From Dehalococcoidia bacterium (GTDB lineage: Bacteria; Chloroflexota; Dehalococcoidia; Plut-88900), in the NCBI GenBank assembly GCA_965249275.1, contig CBDFLQ010000005.1, positions 480,001 through 544,000 on the forward strand: 64,000 nt of DNA, written 5' to 3'. The notes below the pieces were generated by a model, which saw only the letters and a list, made by a program, of their open reading frames with translations, was not told the DNA's origin and ran no database searches. Within the stretch, counting starts at the first letter, position 1; each line of letters opens with the position of its first letter. Shown piece after piece: positions 20,824 to 29,873 of this stretch. The position numbers and the translations under genes are program-made.

Positions 20824-21987
20824 CTAGCCCACGGCGGGGGCGGGCACGGACAGGCCGTACATGGCTAGGGCGTTTTCGCCCAGTATCTTGTTCTGGTCGG
20901 CTTCCGAAAGGGAGGCGATGTTCTGCTTGACTTTGTTGAGGGGGTCAGTGTGGCCCTCGGGGTGGGGCCAGTCGGAGCCCCACATGAAGCGATCAGTCCC
21001 AACCATTTGGGCAACGGCCCCGAGACCCTTCTCGATGGGTTCGGCGCTGACCCAGACCTGACGGCGGAAGTAGTCGCTGGGGGTCATGGTCAGAGGCATG
21101 TCGAAGCTGAATCGGTCGATCTTGAAGTCCATCATGTCGAGCCAGTGGAGGAGCCAGGTGCAGCCAACTTCGACCATGGATAGTTTCAGGCCGGGGAACT
21201 TTTCGAAGGTGCCGTCACCCATCATGCAGGTAAAGCTGATGAGGGGATCTGCGAAGGTCATTACGTTGTTGAAGAACACGGGGCCGAGACCAGTTTCGTC
21301 TTCGGGATATGAATTGCGGCCCGGGTAGTCTGGGTTGAGGACTACGTGGAAGGTTATGGGCATGTCCAGGTCCTGGGCGGTGGCCCAGAAACGGTCATAA
21401 TACTCGTGGCTGTACCGGATCCCGTTCATGGGGGCGGGGCAGATGAAGGCGCCTTTCATGCCGTCCTTTGCAGCCCTCTCCAGCTCTTTGATGCCCTCGT
21501 TCACGTCTCGTACCGTGACGTGGGCTATGGGGATCAGCCGGTCGGGATACGGCGCACAGAAATCGACGAGCCACCGATTATAGGCCGTGCAGTAGGCGGC
21601 GGAGAGCCTGGGGTCTTCGCACTCTGCTTCCCAGCCCAGGCCTAGGGTCGGGAATAGGAAGGTCTTGTCTACTCCGTGCTTGTCCAGGTGGGCGATTCTT
21701 GCGTGAGGGTCCACTGATCCTGGGGCGATGTTCTTGAGCTCATCGTAGGGGAGAGTGGGATGCTCCATCATCCACTCTCGGGTCTGGTCGACACCCCCGA
21801 TCCTGCCCAGGGTGCCACCGTTGTACCCGATGCTGACCTTCCCATCGATGTCCAGATATTCCAAGCCGAATTCATCCACACTGATTTTCAGGGCCCGGCT
21901 ACGGAACTCGGGGTCCATGTATTCCTGCCACAAGGTGGCCGGTTCCATGATGTGGCTGTCGGCGTCGACGACTATTCCTGATGCCAT
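20824..21987 (-). CDS. Amidohydrolase_2 family protein, paralog
   Basis: DADSHIMEP...FMWGSDWPHPEG; colinear with the neighbour. Confidence 0.92.
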   Translation of the reverse strand: MASGIVVDADSHIMEPATLWQEYMDPEFRSRALKISVDEFGLEYLDIDGKVSIGYNGGTLGRIGGVDQTREWMMEHPTLPYDELKNIAPGSVDPHARIAHLDKHGVDKTFLFPTLGLGWEAECEDPRLSAAYCTAYNRWLVDFCAPYPDRLIPIAHVTVRDVNEGIKELERAAKDGMKGAFICPAPMNGIRYSHEYYDRFWATAQDLDMPITFHVVLNPDYPGRNSYPEDETGLGPVFFNNVMTFADPLISFTCMMGDGTFEKFPGLKLSMVEVGCTWLLHWLDMMDFKIDRFSFDMPLTMTPSDYFRRQVWVSAEPIEKGLGAVAQMVGTDRFMWGSDWPHPEGHTDPLNKVKQNIASLSEADQNKILGENALAMYGLSVPAPAVG

Positions 21988-22004
21988 CTTCGATACTCCT
22001 TACG

Positions 22005-22130
22005 CTAGGCTGAGGCGTTGGGCACGATGCGGATGGTGCGGGGCTTGAACTCGGGTTCGAGGTAGTCCAGCCACATGGAAGCGTGTTCAGTAACGTGTCT
22101 TTCGGCATCGACTATAACGCCGGTCGACAT
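22005..22130 (-). pseudogene. 41-aa N-terminal stub of a third amidohydrolase
   Basis: MSTGVIVDAERHVTEHASMWLDYLEPEFKPRTIRIVPNASA* aligns to MASGIVVDADSHIMEPATLWQEYMDPEFRSRALKI. Confidence 0.75.
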
Positions 22131-22599
22131 GCTGGTGTGTTCCCCCCAGAGCAAATACAGCAACGAACGAATTCCGAGTATACATTTGAGGGAAATGTCG
22201 GGTCAACACGGCGCCTCATCCGCACATATGGAGTACGGCGTCGCGGGCCGAAGGGGGCTCGTCCCGGTGGGGATTTTTGATTGATGCGCGGACTCAGGCG
22301 TGATTTTTGATTGTTTTAGGGGGAAATGTTCCGGTTTTCCCCGGGATGGGGACGGGAGATGGGGGGATAGAGACCTCATAGGATGGCGCATTATACGAAA
22401 TTGGGGTGGGGGTGGGGCAATGGGCTCGTGTCACATTGGGGGAGGGCTTTGCGCGACGGATTGGCAGTGCGGGGCCGCCCCGCTCGACCCTTCGACTCTG
22501 CTCCCGCCTTAGGCGGATCTTCGACAGGGTGAGCGGCCTCACCTCCTCGGGGAGGGGATGGTGTAGAATTTAGGTATATCAGGGATAGTCGGAGGGAGA

Positions 22600-23067
22600 A
22601 TGCTGAAGGCAGGGACTCGGGCCCCGGATTTTGAGGCGGTGCAGCATGACGGCGAGAGGTTTTGCTTTGCCGATTGGCGAGGCGACAGCCCCGTAGTCAT
22701 CTATTTCTACCTGAAGAACTTTACTGTCGGCTGAAACCGTCAAGCTCGTGGCTTCCGTGACGCATATGAGGCTATAAGTGGGTACGGGGCCCAGGTTGTC
22801 GGGGTTAGCACCGACAGCCCGGAAAGCCACGACCGGTTCCGGAGCTGGTTGTCGATCCCTTTCACCTTGCTGTCCGACTCCGACAAGAAGGTAGCTCGAC
22901 TCTACGACGTTGCCCGTAGGATGGGGCTTGGGGTGTCTCGGGTGACCTACGTTATCGATAAGTCGGGGGTCATCAGGGATGTATTCCATCACGAGGTGAG
23001 AATCGGCAAGCATGTGGAGGACGTGCTGGAAGGGGTGAAGGCGCTGGACAGGGAGAGGGGAGGGTGA
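22600..23067 (+). CDS. BCP/PrxQ-type peroxiredoxin, probable selenoprotein (Sec45)
   Basis: GGAGGGAG SD, then MLKAGTRAPDF...VVIYFYLKNFTVG-TGA(22732)-NRQARGFRD...GVSTDS...LLSD...RVTYVIDKSG; one frame throughout, 155 aa. Confidence 0.88.
22750..22773 (+). promoter_or_regulatory. Putative bacterial SECIS hairpin
   Basis: GGCUUC...GAGGCU stem with an apical G 25 nt after the UGA. Confidence 0.45.
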
Positions 23068-23275
23068 CCTCAAGGGATCGGCCTTACTGGAGAGAGGGGA
23101 GGGAATGGATTAACGCTCTGCCAAAGGCGGACTTTCAGCTCGGCGCACGCTATAGGCGCACTTGCAGCATCTGCGGCCTGCACTCCATAGGCGCATCTGC
23201 GACCTACGCAGGAATTACGAGTGGAAAAGGGGGCTGGTGTAGAATTGAGTTATATCAGCCATATGCGGAGGGAGA

Positions 23276-23755
23276 ATGCTAAAGGTAGGGACCAGGGCCC
23301 CGGATTTCGAGGCGGTGCGGCATGACGGCGGGACGTTCAGACTGAGCGAGCACTTTGGCCGTCAACCCGTGGTGCTGTATTTTCACACAGGGGCCTTCAG
23401 CGTCCTCTGAAATATCCAGTCCAAGGGCTTCCGTGATGCGGATGAAGCCTTCCAGGGATACAACGCCCTAGTCGCCGGGATCAGTCCCAATACCCCCGAG
23501 GTGAATGCACAGTTCCGGAGAGAGTTTGGGATGCAGGCTGTTCTGCTGTCCGACCCGGAGAGAAAGATCAGGAAAGCCTATGATTCGCTGCGGGTGTTCG
23601 GGGGGTTCAGGACGGCTTACCTGATTGATAAGTCGGGGGTGGTGCGGGGGGCACATGAATACGTGGTTGTGGGGATAGGTCGGCACGTGAAGAAGCTGCT
23701 CAAGGGGTTGGAGAAGCTGCGGGAGGAGGAGTTGGTGGGGGGATTAACTTCGTAG
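23276..23755 (+). CDS. Second BCP-type peroxiredoxin, probable selenoprotein (Sec45)
   Basis: MLKVGTRAPDF...VVLYFHTGAFSVL-TGA(23408)-NIQSKGFRD...GISPNT...LLSD...RTAYLIDKSG; 159 aa. Confidence 0.85.
23424..23451 (+). promoter_or_regulatory. Putative bacterial SECIS hairpin
   Basis: AGGGCUUC/GAAGCCUU stem topped by CGU-GAU-GCG; loop G 25 nt after the UGA. Confidence 0.5.
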
Positions 23756-23996
23756 GCATTCGACTGACGGGTGTTGTGGGAGTTGGGTTACTGTCACTTT
23801 CCTCAGCGAGCCCCAATTGGGTAGCTTATTCATACCTAGTCAATCGTGAATTCTTGTCCCTGGGTTTACGCCACAGCGCACCTTCGGCCCGTTTTCACGG
23901 GAAAGACGGTTATGCGGGGGTCTTGCCTCGGCGCACGCGAAGGGCGTATTTGCAGAATCTGCGATCCTCCAAGGGCGGGCCTTTGGCCCATCGAGG

Positions 23997-24177
23997 GGCC
24001 CTTGCGTAACTCCGGGTTGGGGCCGAGAAGCCCCGCCCATTCCGCTCTGGAGACCCTTCGACTTGGCTCACGCCATGGCGCATCTTCGACAGGGCGAGCG
24101 GAATACTCAGTCCCAGGAATGGAAATGCCATACTTCGTTAGCAGGTTCAGGGGCGGGAATGAAGGTTATGCAAAGGT
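23997..24177. mobile_element. Putative MITE-like non-autonomous element
   Basis: Imperfect terminal inverted repeats GCCCTTGCGTAAC / GTTATGCAAAGGT; CCATCGAGGG occurs on both sides (23988, 24201). Confidence 0.5.
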
Positions 24178-24286
24178 AACGCCAAAGGCGCGTCTGCGAA
24201 CCATCGAGGGAGATGGGAGAGAATCACACCTACAGAGCCGGACTCCGTAGATGTGGCGAGAATACTCTGCCGGGCTTGTAAGAGGA

Positions 24287-25078
24287 TCAGGTAACGGCTT
24301 CTTCCATGCGGCGTATGAAGTCTCGGATGGCGCGGAAGTAGGCGTCGGTGTCGACGAACATGATGTCGTTGTGACCGGCGCCGGGGATGGTGAAGAAGGT
24401 CTTGTCGGTGGAGGCTACGGCTTCGTAGAGGTCCTGGGGGTGGGAGATGGGGACGAGGAAGTCACGGTCGCCGTGGATGATGAGCAGTGGGGTGTCGATG
24501 CTCTGGACCCGGGCCCAGTGGTCCTGGAGAAGCTGGGAGATGACGGGGGTCTCGGCGATACCGAGCCTTTGAGGCATTCCACCGACGTTGGCCGAGCCAC
24601 TTTCGATGATCATGCCCTTAATCTTTTCTCGGGCGCCCGCGGCTATCTCGACAGCGCAGTAGGCGCCGAGGGACCGGCCCATCACGTAGATTGAGGGAGC
24701 GTAACCGTTTTCGCTCAGAAACGTCTCCAAGGCAGCAAGGGCAGTATGACTGTCTTCAACCAAGGCGGATACCGAGGGTTCTCCCTGGGATTTGCCGTAG
24801 CCTCGGTAGTCGGTGACGAAGAGGTTTAGGCCGATGTGGTTGTAAAGGGAGGAAATGGCGTCGTATTCGGGGGCGACTTCACCGTTGCCGTGGAAGAAGA
24901 GGATAGTGGGGCGTTGTTTATCTTCGGGGAAGAAACGGCCGCATAGCTGGACCCCGTCATGGGAAGGGAAGGTGTGGTCCAGGGCGCCGGTTGGAGGGGG
25001 TGAGGAGTCGGGGCGGGGGTAGAACATGTAGTGGGTGATTTGGGGGAGGTCGAGGAGGGTGTAGTCGAGCTTGTTCAA
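24287..25078 (-). CDS. Alpha/beta hydrolase
   Basis: FFHGNGE, DYRGYGKS, GRSLG nucleophile, IIHGDRD, GAGHND. Confidence 0.93.
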   Translation of the reverse strand: MNKLDYTLLDLPQITHYMFYPRPDSSPPPTGALDHTFPSHDGVQLCGRFFPEDKQRPTILFFHGNGEVAPEYDAISSLYNHIGLNLFVTDYRGYGKSQGEPSVSALVEDSHTALAALETFLSENGYAPSIYVMGRSLGAYCAVEIAAGAREKIKGMIIESGSANVGGMPQRLGIAETPVISQLLQDHWARVQSIDTPLLIIHGDRDFLVPISHPQDLYEAVASTDKTFFTIPGAGHNDIMFVDTDAYFRAIRDFIRRMEEAVT

Positions 25079-25210
25079 GGGTCGGGCTCCTTTGAAGGGT
25101 CTGGGAGCATGTTAGGTTATTGTGGCGGGGAGGGGAAGTGAAGGATTTTGGGCTCTCGGGAGGGTATTGCCTACCTGCTCTGTTGAAATTCGATTCACCC
25201 TCACCCTAGC

Positions 25211-25318
25211 CCTCTCCCATCGAGGAACCTTTGCGTAACTCTTCGCGAGGGGTCGGGACACCCCACCCATTCCGCTCTTGAGACCCTTCGACCCGGCTCA
25301 GGGCGAGCGGAATACCCC
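25211..25318. repeat. Composite repeat (REP half, MITE end, family A)
   Basis: Matches 14604-14710. Confidence 0.75.
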
Positions 25319-25359
25319 GGCCCCGTGCTTCTTGGCTCGGGGGTGGGGTGGTGGTGGGA

Positions 25360-26163
25360 TTAGCGCCGCAGGGTTCGGCCACGGAGGGCGAGGAGGGCGA
25401 GGGTCATGCTGACAGCGCCAACACCGAAGACGGCAGCCAGGCCCTTGAGCAGGGCCTCGGGGTCCCAGCCGACCATGAGCAGGGATCGCAGAGCTTCGAG
25501 GAGGTAAGTGACGGGGTTGAAGGCCGCGATTGCTGCGAGCCAGCCAGTCATGGCCTCCCTGGGGAGGAATGTTGTGGTCAGGAAGGCGAATGGGAAGAAC
25601 AGGAGGAAGGAGGTGTTGACCGCGGCGGGATTGCCGGTCTTGAAGGCTATGGCGTAGGGGAAGCCAGTGTAGACGAGACCCCAGGCGCCCGAAATCAGTA
25701 CGAAGATTATTACCCCAAGCACGCCGCTTTCAAAGCGGACGCCTACGGCGAAACCGAGGACGATGACGGGGATGGTGAGCGCGACGACAAGGGCGAAATC
25801 GGCGACCATGAGGCCGAAGAGCATGGCAAGCCGATTGACGGGGGTCAGGGAGAGGCGGTCGAAATAACCGGACTGGATATCGATGACTAGGGTGACGGCG
25901 CGTGAAACTCCGGTAACGGCGAATATGATTGCTACGGGGAGTTGGAAGGCCTTGTAGTCGAGGCCGGGTAGGGTCTCGGCGAGGTCCTGGAGGGCGCCTA
26001 CGTTAGCGACGAAGAAGAAGACGGGGATAATGAGTGCGGGGATAACGCTCTCGGGGTCGCGTTTGGTGGAACGGAGGGCACGTCGGGCGACGGCGGCGAC
26101 TTCGTTGATGAATCCGGCTTTCCGGGCTCGGATTTGGGTGCTTTCGTCGACTAACGTGGCCAT
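25360..26163 (-). CDS. ABC-2 type transporter permease (DrrB-like)
   Basis: Multiple TM helices, GYFDRLSLTP, FNPVTYLLEALR; ATG 26163 avoids overlap with the ATPase. Confidence 0.9.
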   Translation of the reverse strand: MATLVDESTQIRARKAGFINEVAAVARRALRSTKRDPESVIPALIIPVFFFVANVGALQDLAETLPGLDYKAFQLPVAIIFAVTGVSRAVTLVIDIQSGYFDRLSLTPVNRLAMLFGLMVADFALVVALTIPVIVLGFAVGVRFESGVLGVIIFVLISGAWGLVYTGFPYAIAFKTGNPAAVNTSFLLFFPFAFLTTTFLPREAMTGWLAAIAAFNPVTYLLEALRSLLMVGWDPEALLKGLAAVFGVGAVSMTLALLALRGRTLRR

Positions 26164-26179
26164 ATGTCTGATCTCACTG

Positions 26180-27160
26180 TCACTCTCTTCCATCAAGGGA
26201 GAGGGGATTGGAAGGGGACTCATCATCTAGGCGGGCGCCGGTGGCCTGGAGGAATACGTCGTCTAGAGTGGGGGTGCGCAGGGTTAACTCCTTGATTCGG
26301 GCCCCGGACTGGCTGAGGGCGAGGGCTACGTCGCCCATGGCCGCTACGCCATTTGTCACACCAATGGTGAGGGCATTTTCGTAAATTTCGACTTGCTCCA
26401 CCTGCTCGACTGAAGAGAGGGACCGGGCTGCGGCTTGGGAGTCGCCTTTGATGGTTGCGACGATGATGTCGGCGCCGATGCTGCGCTTGAGCTCGGCGGG
26501 GGTGCCCTCGGCGACGAGTTTGCCGAGGTTGATGATGCCCACGCGGTCAGCCAGACTGTCGGCTTCTTCAAGATAGTGGGTCGTGAGGAAAATGGTGACG
26601 CCGAGGTCAGCGTTGACGCGTCGGACTTCTTCCCAGACGCGGGCTCGGCTGACGGGGTCGAGGCCGGTGGTGGGCTCGTCGAGGAAGAGGACTCTGGGGT
26701 TGTGGACGAGGGCGGTGGCGAGGTCGAGCCTGCGCTTCATGCCGCCGGAGTAGGTGCCTATGAGCCGGTCTATGGCGGGGCCGATGTCCATGAGGGGCTC
26801 GAGGGACTTTATGCGCATGTCGATTTGCTTGCCGGATAGGCCGTAGAGACGGCCCTGGAGCTTTATGAGTTCTCGGCCGGTCTGCTTGTTGTCGAGGGAG
26901 GCGTCCTGGAGGGCTGCACCTATGTGAAGGCGGACCTGCATGGAGTCGGAGACGATGTCATAACCGGCGACGGTGGCTCGGCCCCCGGTGGGCATGAGGA
27001 GGGTGGTCAGCATCCTGACGAGGGTTGTCTTGCCCGCGCCATTGGGGCCGAGGAATGCGTAGATCTCGCCTTCGGAGACGGAGAGGTCAATGCCGTCGAC
27101 GGCGCGGACGCCGGAGAAGTCGCGGGAGAGGGAGTCGGTGTGGATGGCGTGCTGTTGCAT
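26180..27160 (-). CDS. ABC transporter ATP-binding protein (DrrA-like)
   Basis: GPNGAGKT, YSGGMKRR, LFLDEPTTGLDP, TTHYLEEAD, PTLDDVF. Confidence 0.95.
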   Translation of the reverse strand: MQQHAIHTDSLSRDFSGVRAVDGIDLSVSEGEIYAFLGPNGAGKTTLVRMLTTLLMPTGGRATVAGYDIVSDSMQVRLHIGAALQDASLDNKQTGRELIKLQGRLYGLSGKQIDMRIKSLEPLMDIGPAIDRLIGTYSGGMKRRLDLATALVHNPRVLFLDEPTTGLDPVSRARVWEEVRRVNADLGVTIFLTTHYLEEADSLADRVGIINLGKLVAEGTPAELKRSIGADIIVATIKGDSQAAARSLSSVEQVEQVEIYENALTIGVTNGVAAMGDVALALSQSGARIKELTLRTPTLDDVFLQATGARLDDESPSNPLSLDGRE

Positions 27161-27334
27161 GGCGCGTTCGTATCAGTTGTAAAGACGGTAGATTTTAGAA
27201 CGGAAAGAGGGGGAAGGGTAGGGGGGAGGATCATCCTCACCCTAGTCCCCTGTCGTTGGAGAGAGAGGGGGCGGGACTCCTCCCCTTCACTTATCAGGGA
27301 TGAATCGGTTCCCACCCACCCGTCCTGTTTTATT

Positions 27335-27375
27335 GATTTATCAGCCATGTTGCTTTGCAATATGGCTGATAAATC
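27335..27375. repeat. AT-rich 41-nt palindrome
   Basis: GATTTATCAGCCATGTTGC-TTT-GCAATATGGCTGATAAATC, a 19-bp stem with one G-T pair. Confidence 0.8.
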
Positions 27376-27599
27376 TTTACTAATTGGAGGGGAGATTGGG
27401 CTTGTTGCGCGGAGGCGATGTATGTGAGTGGGAGGCTTACGCTTTAGATCCCTCGTGGGACCTCGGGATGACAGTATGCAAAGGTCACGTTTCAGCGCAT
27501 CTGCGACTCATTTAGGGTAGAGGGGACAGGAGCCTCGGCCCAGCTCGACCCCTGGATTCCGGTTAGGGGGGAGTGGGGGGTGAGTAGCGTGCTGGGCGG

Positions 27600-27800
27600 G
27601 AGGGCGATTAGCCAATCGCCCCTACGGGAGGGGACGCCGCCCCATTCCGTTCTTGAGACCCTCTTCGAGAGCCTCAGGGCAGGCTTAGACTCCGCTTACG
27701 CCACGGCCGCGCGCCAGAGGCGCAGTTCTAGCATATCCGACGAGGTGAGCGGCCCCGCGGGACCCCTGGATTCCGGCTCTCGGCAGCCGGAATGACGGAC
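27600..27800. repeat. Repeat cluster: GTAG-type REP, family A with nested inserts, and GGATTCC...GGAATGAC repeat
   Basis: Minus-strand GTAGGGGCGATTGGCTAATCGCCC; family A copy 27643-27756; ggattccggctctcggcagccggaatgacgg also at ~53149-53180. Confidence 0.7.
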
Positions 27801-27868
27801 GGTGGGGTGGGGGTCGGGAATGACGGGATGGGATGGATTCCCGATCTGGGGTGGGGACGCGGTGGGGG

Positions 27869-29362
27869 TTAGGGGTAGAAGAGTTTTTGGGCGGCGGCCT
27901 GGAGTTCGGAGCGGAAGTCTGGGTGGGCGATGTTTATTAGCTCCTGGGCGCGCTCACGGATGGACTTGCCGAGGAGGCGGGCGACTCCGAACTCGGTGAT
28001 GATGATGTCGGCGAAGGTGCGGGGGATGGTAACTACTGCTCCTTCGTCATGGTTGGCGACAATGCGGGACACGGCTCCGCCAACGGCCCGGGAACGCAGG
28101 AGGGTGATGGCCCTGCCGCCCTCCGAGAGGACGGCTCCGATGTGGAACTCCGGTTGGCCTCCTGTGCCGTTGTAGAGCCGAGAGCCGAATACGGTCTCCG
28201 AGTTTATCTGGCCCGTCAGGTCAATGGACAAAGCGTTGTTGATGGAGGTCATGTTCTCGTGGGCGGAGATGGTGCGAGATATGTTGAGGACCTGTATCGA
28301 GTCGTGGAGCTCGATAAGGGGGTTGTCGGCGGCCCAGGCTATTTCGTCGGCCTTGCAGCCGTCCATGCCGGTGAAGATGGCCTTGCCTCGGTTGATGGTC
28401 TTGCGGTTACCGGTGATAACCCCCTTTCTAATGAGGTCGATGACGCCGGGGGCGCCCATTTCCGAGTGCCACCCGAGGTCCTTTTTGGAGTCGAAGACAC
28501 CTAGCTGGGGCATGTAGGCGCTGGGAGTGCCGATGCCGATCTGGATTGTGTCGCCGTCGCGGATGATTTCGGAGAGGTGTTCGGCGATACGGCGGACGTC
28601 CTCGGCGGGGCGGTCGAGGCCCCTGGCCCGGCCGAACTCCCTAATCTGGTCGGCCCGTCGATTAACAAGCATGGGGAGCACTTCGGCGAGGCGTTCTTTG
28701 GGGATAGCGCCGGCGATGTTCCTGAGCTCTGCCTTGGCCTCTTCGTCTACGGCCTGGTCTATGAGGGAATCGGTCTCCTCGGGGGAAAGGATGGGTGGGG
28801 TGTAGTCGACAAGGTGGTCGATTTCGGAGACGTGGATGTAATTCTGGCCATAGGTGCGGATGGCGCTTTCGTTGACCTGGGCTACGACGGTGCGGGCGTA
28901 TTTGGCGGACTGGCGTTTGCCCCAGAGGTCGGAGCCGAAGCTGCAGAAACCGTTTCTATCGGGGGGCGAGACTACGGTTAAGAGGACGTCCAGTCCCTTC
29001 GACTCGGCGGGGCGTTCCTTGAATGGTTTGATGAGGAGCGAGAAAGGGGACGGCAGATAGTCGATGCGGCGCTCGTCGAGGGCGGGACGGGCCACGGGGC
29101 CGAGGAAGGTCTCGGGGATGGGGAGGAAGGAGTCCTGCCAACCGGGCTGGAACCAGCCGGGATCAAAGGCGGGGGAGACGCCGCGTATGACCACACCGGA
29201 GAGCTCGTCTTTGCGGGCGGCGAGGGCGTTGAGGAGGGGGCGGGGCGGGGGGTGTCGGGTGACCAGGACTACGTTACCGGACTGGACGTATCGGGCAGCC
29301 TCATCGGCGTCCACCAGCTTGTCTGCGTACGCTCGGCGCCAGTCGAAAGGAGTTGCTGTCAT
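27869..29362 (-). CDS. Acetyl-CoA hydrolase/4-hydroxybutyrate CoA-transferase family
   Basis: VSPPDRNGFCSFG, IRDGDTIQIGIG, HSEM, INNALSIDLTGQ, GTGGQ, ITEFGVA, IAHPDFR. Confidence 0.93.
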   Translation of the reverse strand: MTATPFDWRRAYADKLVDADEAARYVQSGNVVLVTRHPPPRPLLNALAARKDELSGVVIRGVSPAFDPGWFQPGWQDSFLPIPETFLGPVARPALDERRIDYLPSPFSLLIKPFKERPAESKGLDVLLTVVSPPDRNGFCSFGSDLWGKRQSAKYARTVVAQVNESAIRTYGQNYIHVSEIDHLVDYTPPILSPEETDSLIDQAVDEEAKAELRNIAGAIPKERLAEVLPMLVNRRADQIREFGRARGLDRPAEDVRRIAEHLSEIIRDGDTIQIGIGTPSAYMPQLGVFDSKKDLGWHSEMGAPGVIDLIRKGVITGNRKTINRGKAIFTGMDGCKADEIAWAADNPLIELHDSIQVLNISRTISAHENMTSINNALSIDLTGQINSETVFGSRLYNGTGGQPEFHIGAVLSEGGRAITLLRSRAVGGAVSRIVANHDEGAVVTIPRTFADIIITEFGVARLLGKSIRERAQELINIAHPDFRSELQAAAQKLFYP

Positions 29363-29377
29363 GCTGCAATAGCGGCC

Positions 29378-29755
29378 TTATTCAGGGTAAGAGATGAGTT
29401 CGAGGAGGTTGTCGTCAGGATCGAGGAAATAAAAACATTGGTGGTCACCCCAGTCGACGGGGCCGTGGACGGGGATGCCCTCGGCGGGGAAGCGAGCCTG
29501 GGCCTGGGCGAAATCAGTCTCGCTGACGCGGAAGGCCCAGTGGCCGCGGCCTCGGGGTTCGGTGAGTTCTCGGGTGGCGGGTGGAAGGTCCGAACGTTCG
29601 AAGAGGGCGAGGTCGTTGTCGCCACACTTCATAACAGACATGTGTCCAAATCGAGCATGAAGCTCCATGCCCAGGGTCTGGGCATAGAAGTCGAGGCTGC
29701 GCTCCATATCGCTGACCTCTATTCCGAAGTGGTCGAGTCCCTTTAGTTTGAGCAT
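29378..29755 (-). CDS. VOC/glyoxalase family protein
   Basis: LDHFGIEVSDMERSLDFY...HWAF...FYFLDPDDNLLEL. Confidence 0.92.
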   Translation of the reverse strand: MLKLKGLDHFGIEVSDMERSLDFYAQTLGMELHARFGHMSVMKCGDNDLALFERSDLPPATRELTEPRGRGHWAFRVSETDFAQAQARFPAEGIPVHGPVDWGDHQCFYFLDPDDNLLELISYPE

Positions 29756-29873
29756 GATTTCCTCCGCCTAAGCTCCGGGGCGCAGATAATACGGGGTTGA
29801 CAAAAGGGTGGGGGGTAGTTATATGGATAGCCGCAACAGCCGTCAAGGATACTTGCCGAGGGATGGAAGGGCA

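Noticed and set aside
22849-23755. ORF-track 72-aa and 84-aa ORFs as standalone genes, or Prx pseudogenes
   Set aside because: They are the C-terminal halves of Prx frames. The only interruption is a TGA at the catalytic codon in both genes, which favours Sec.
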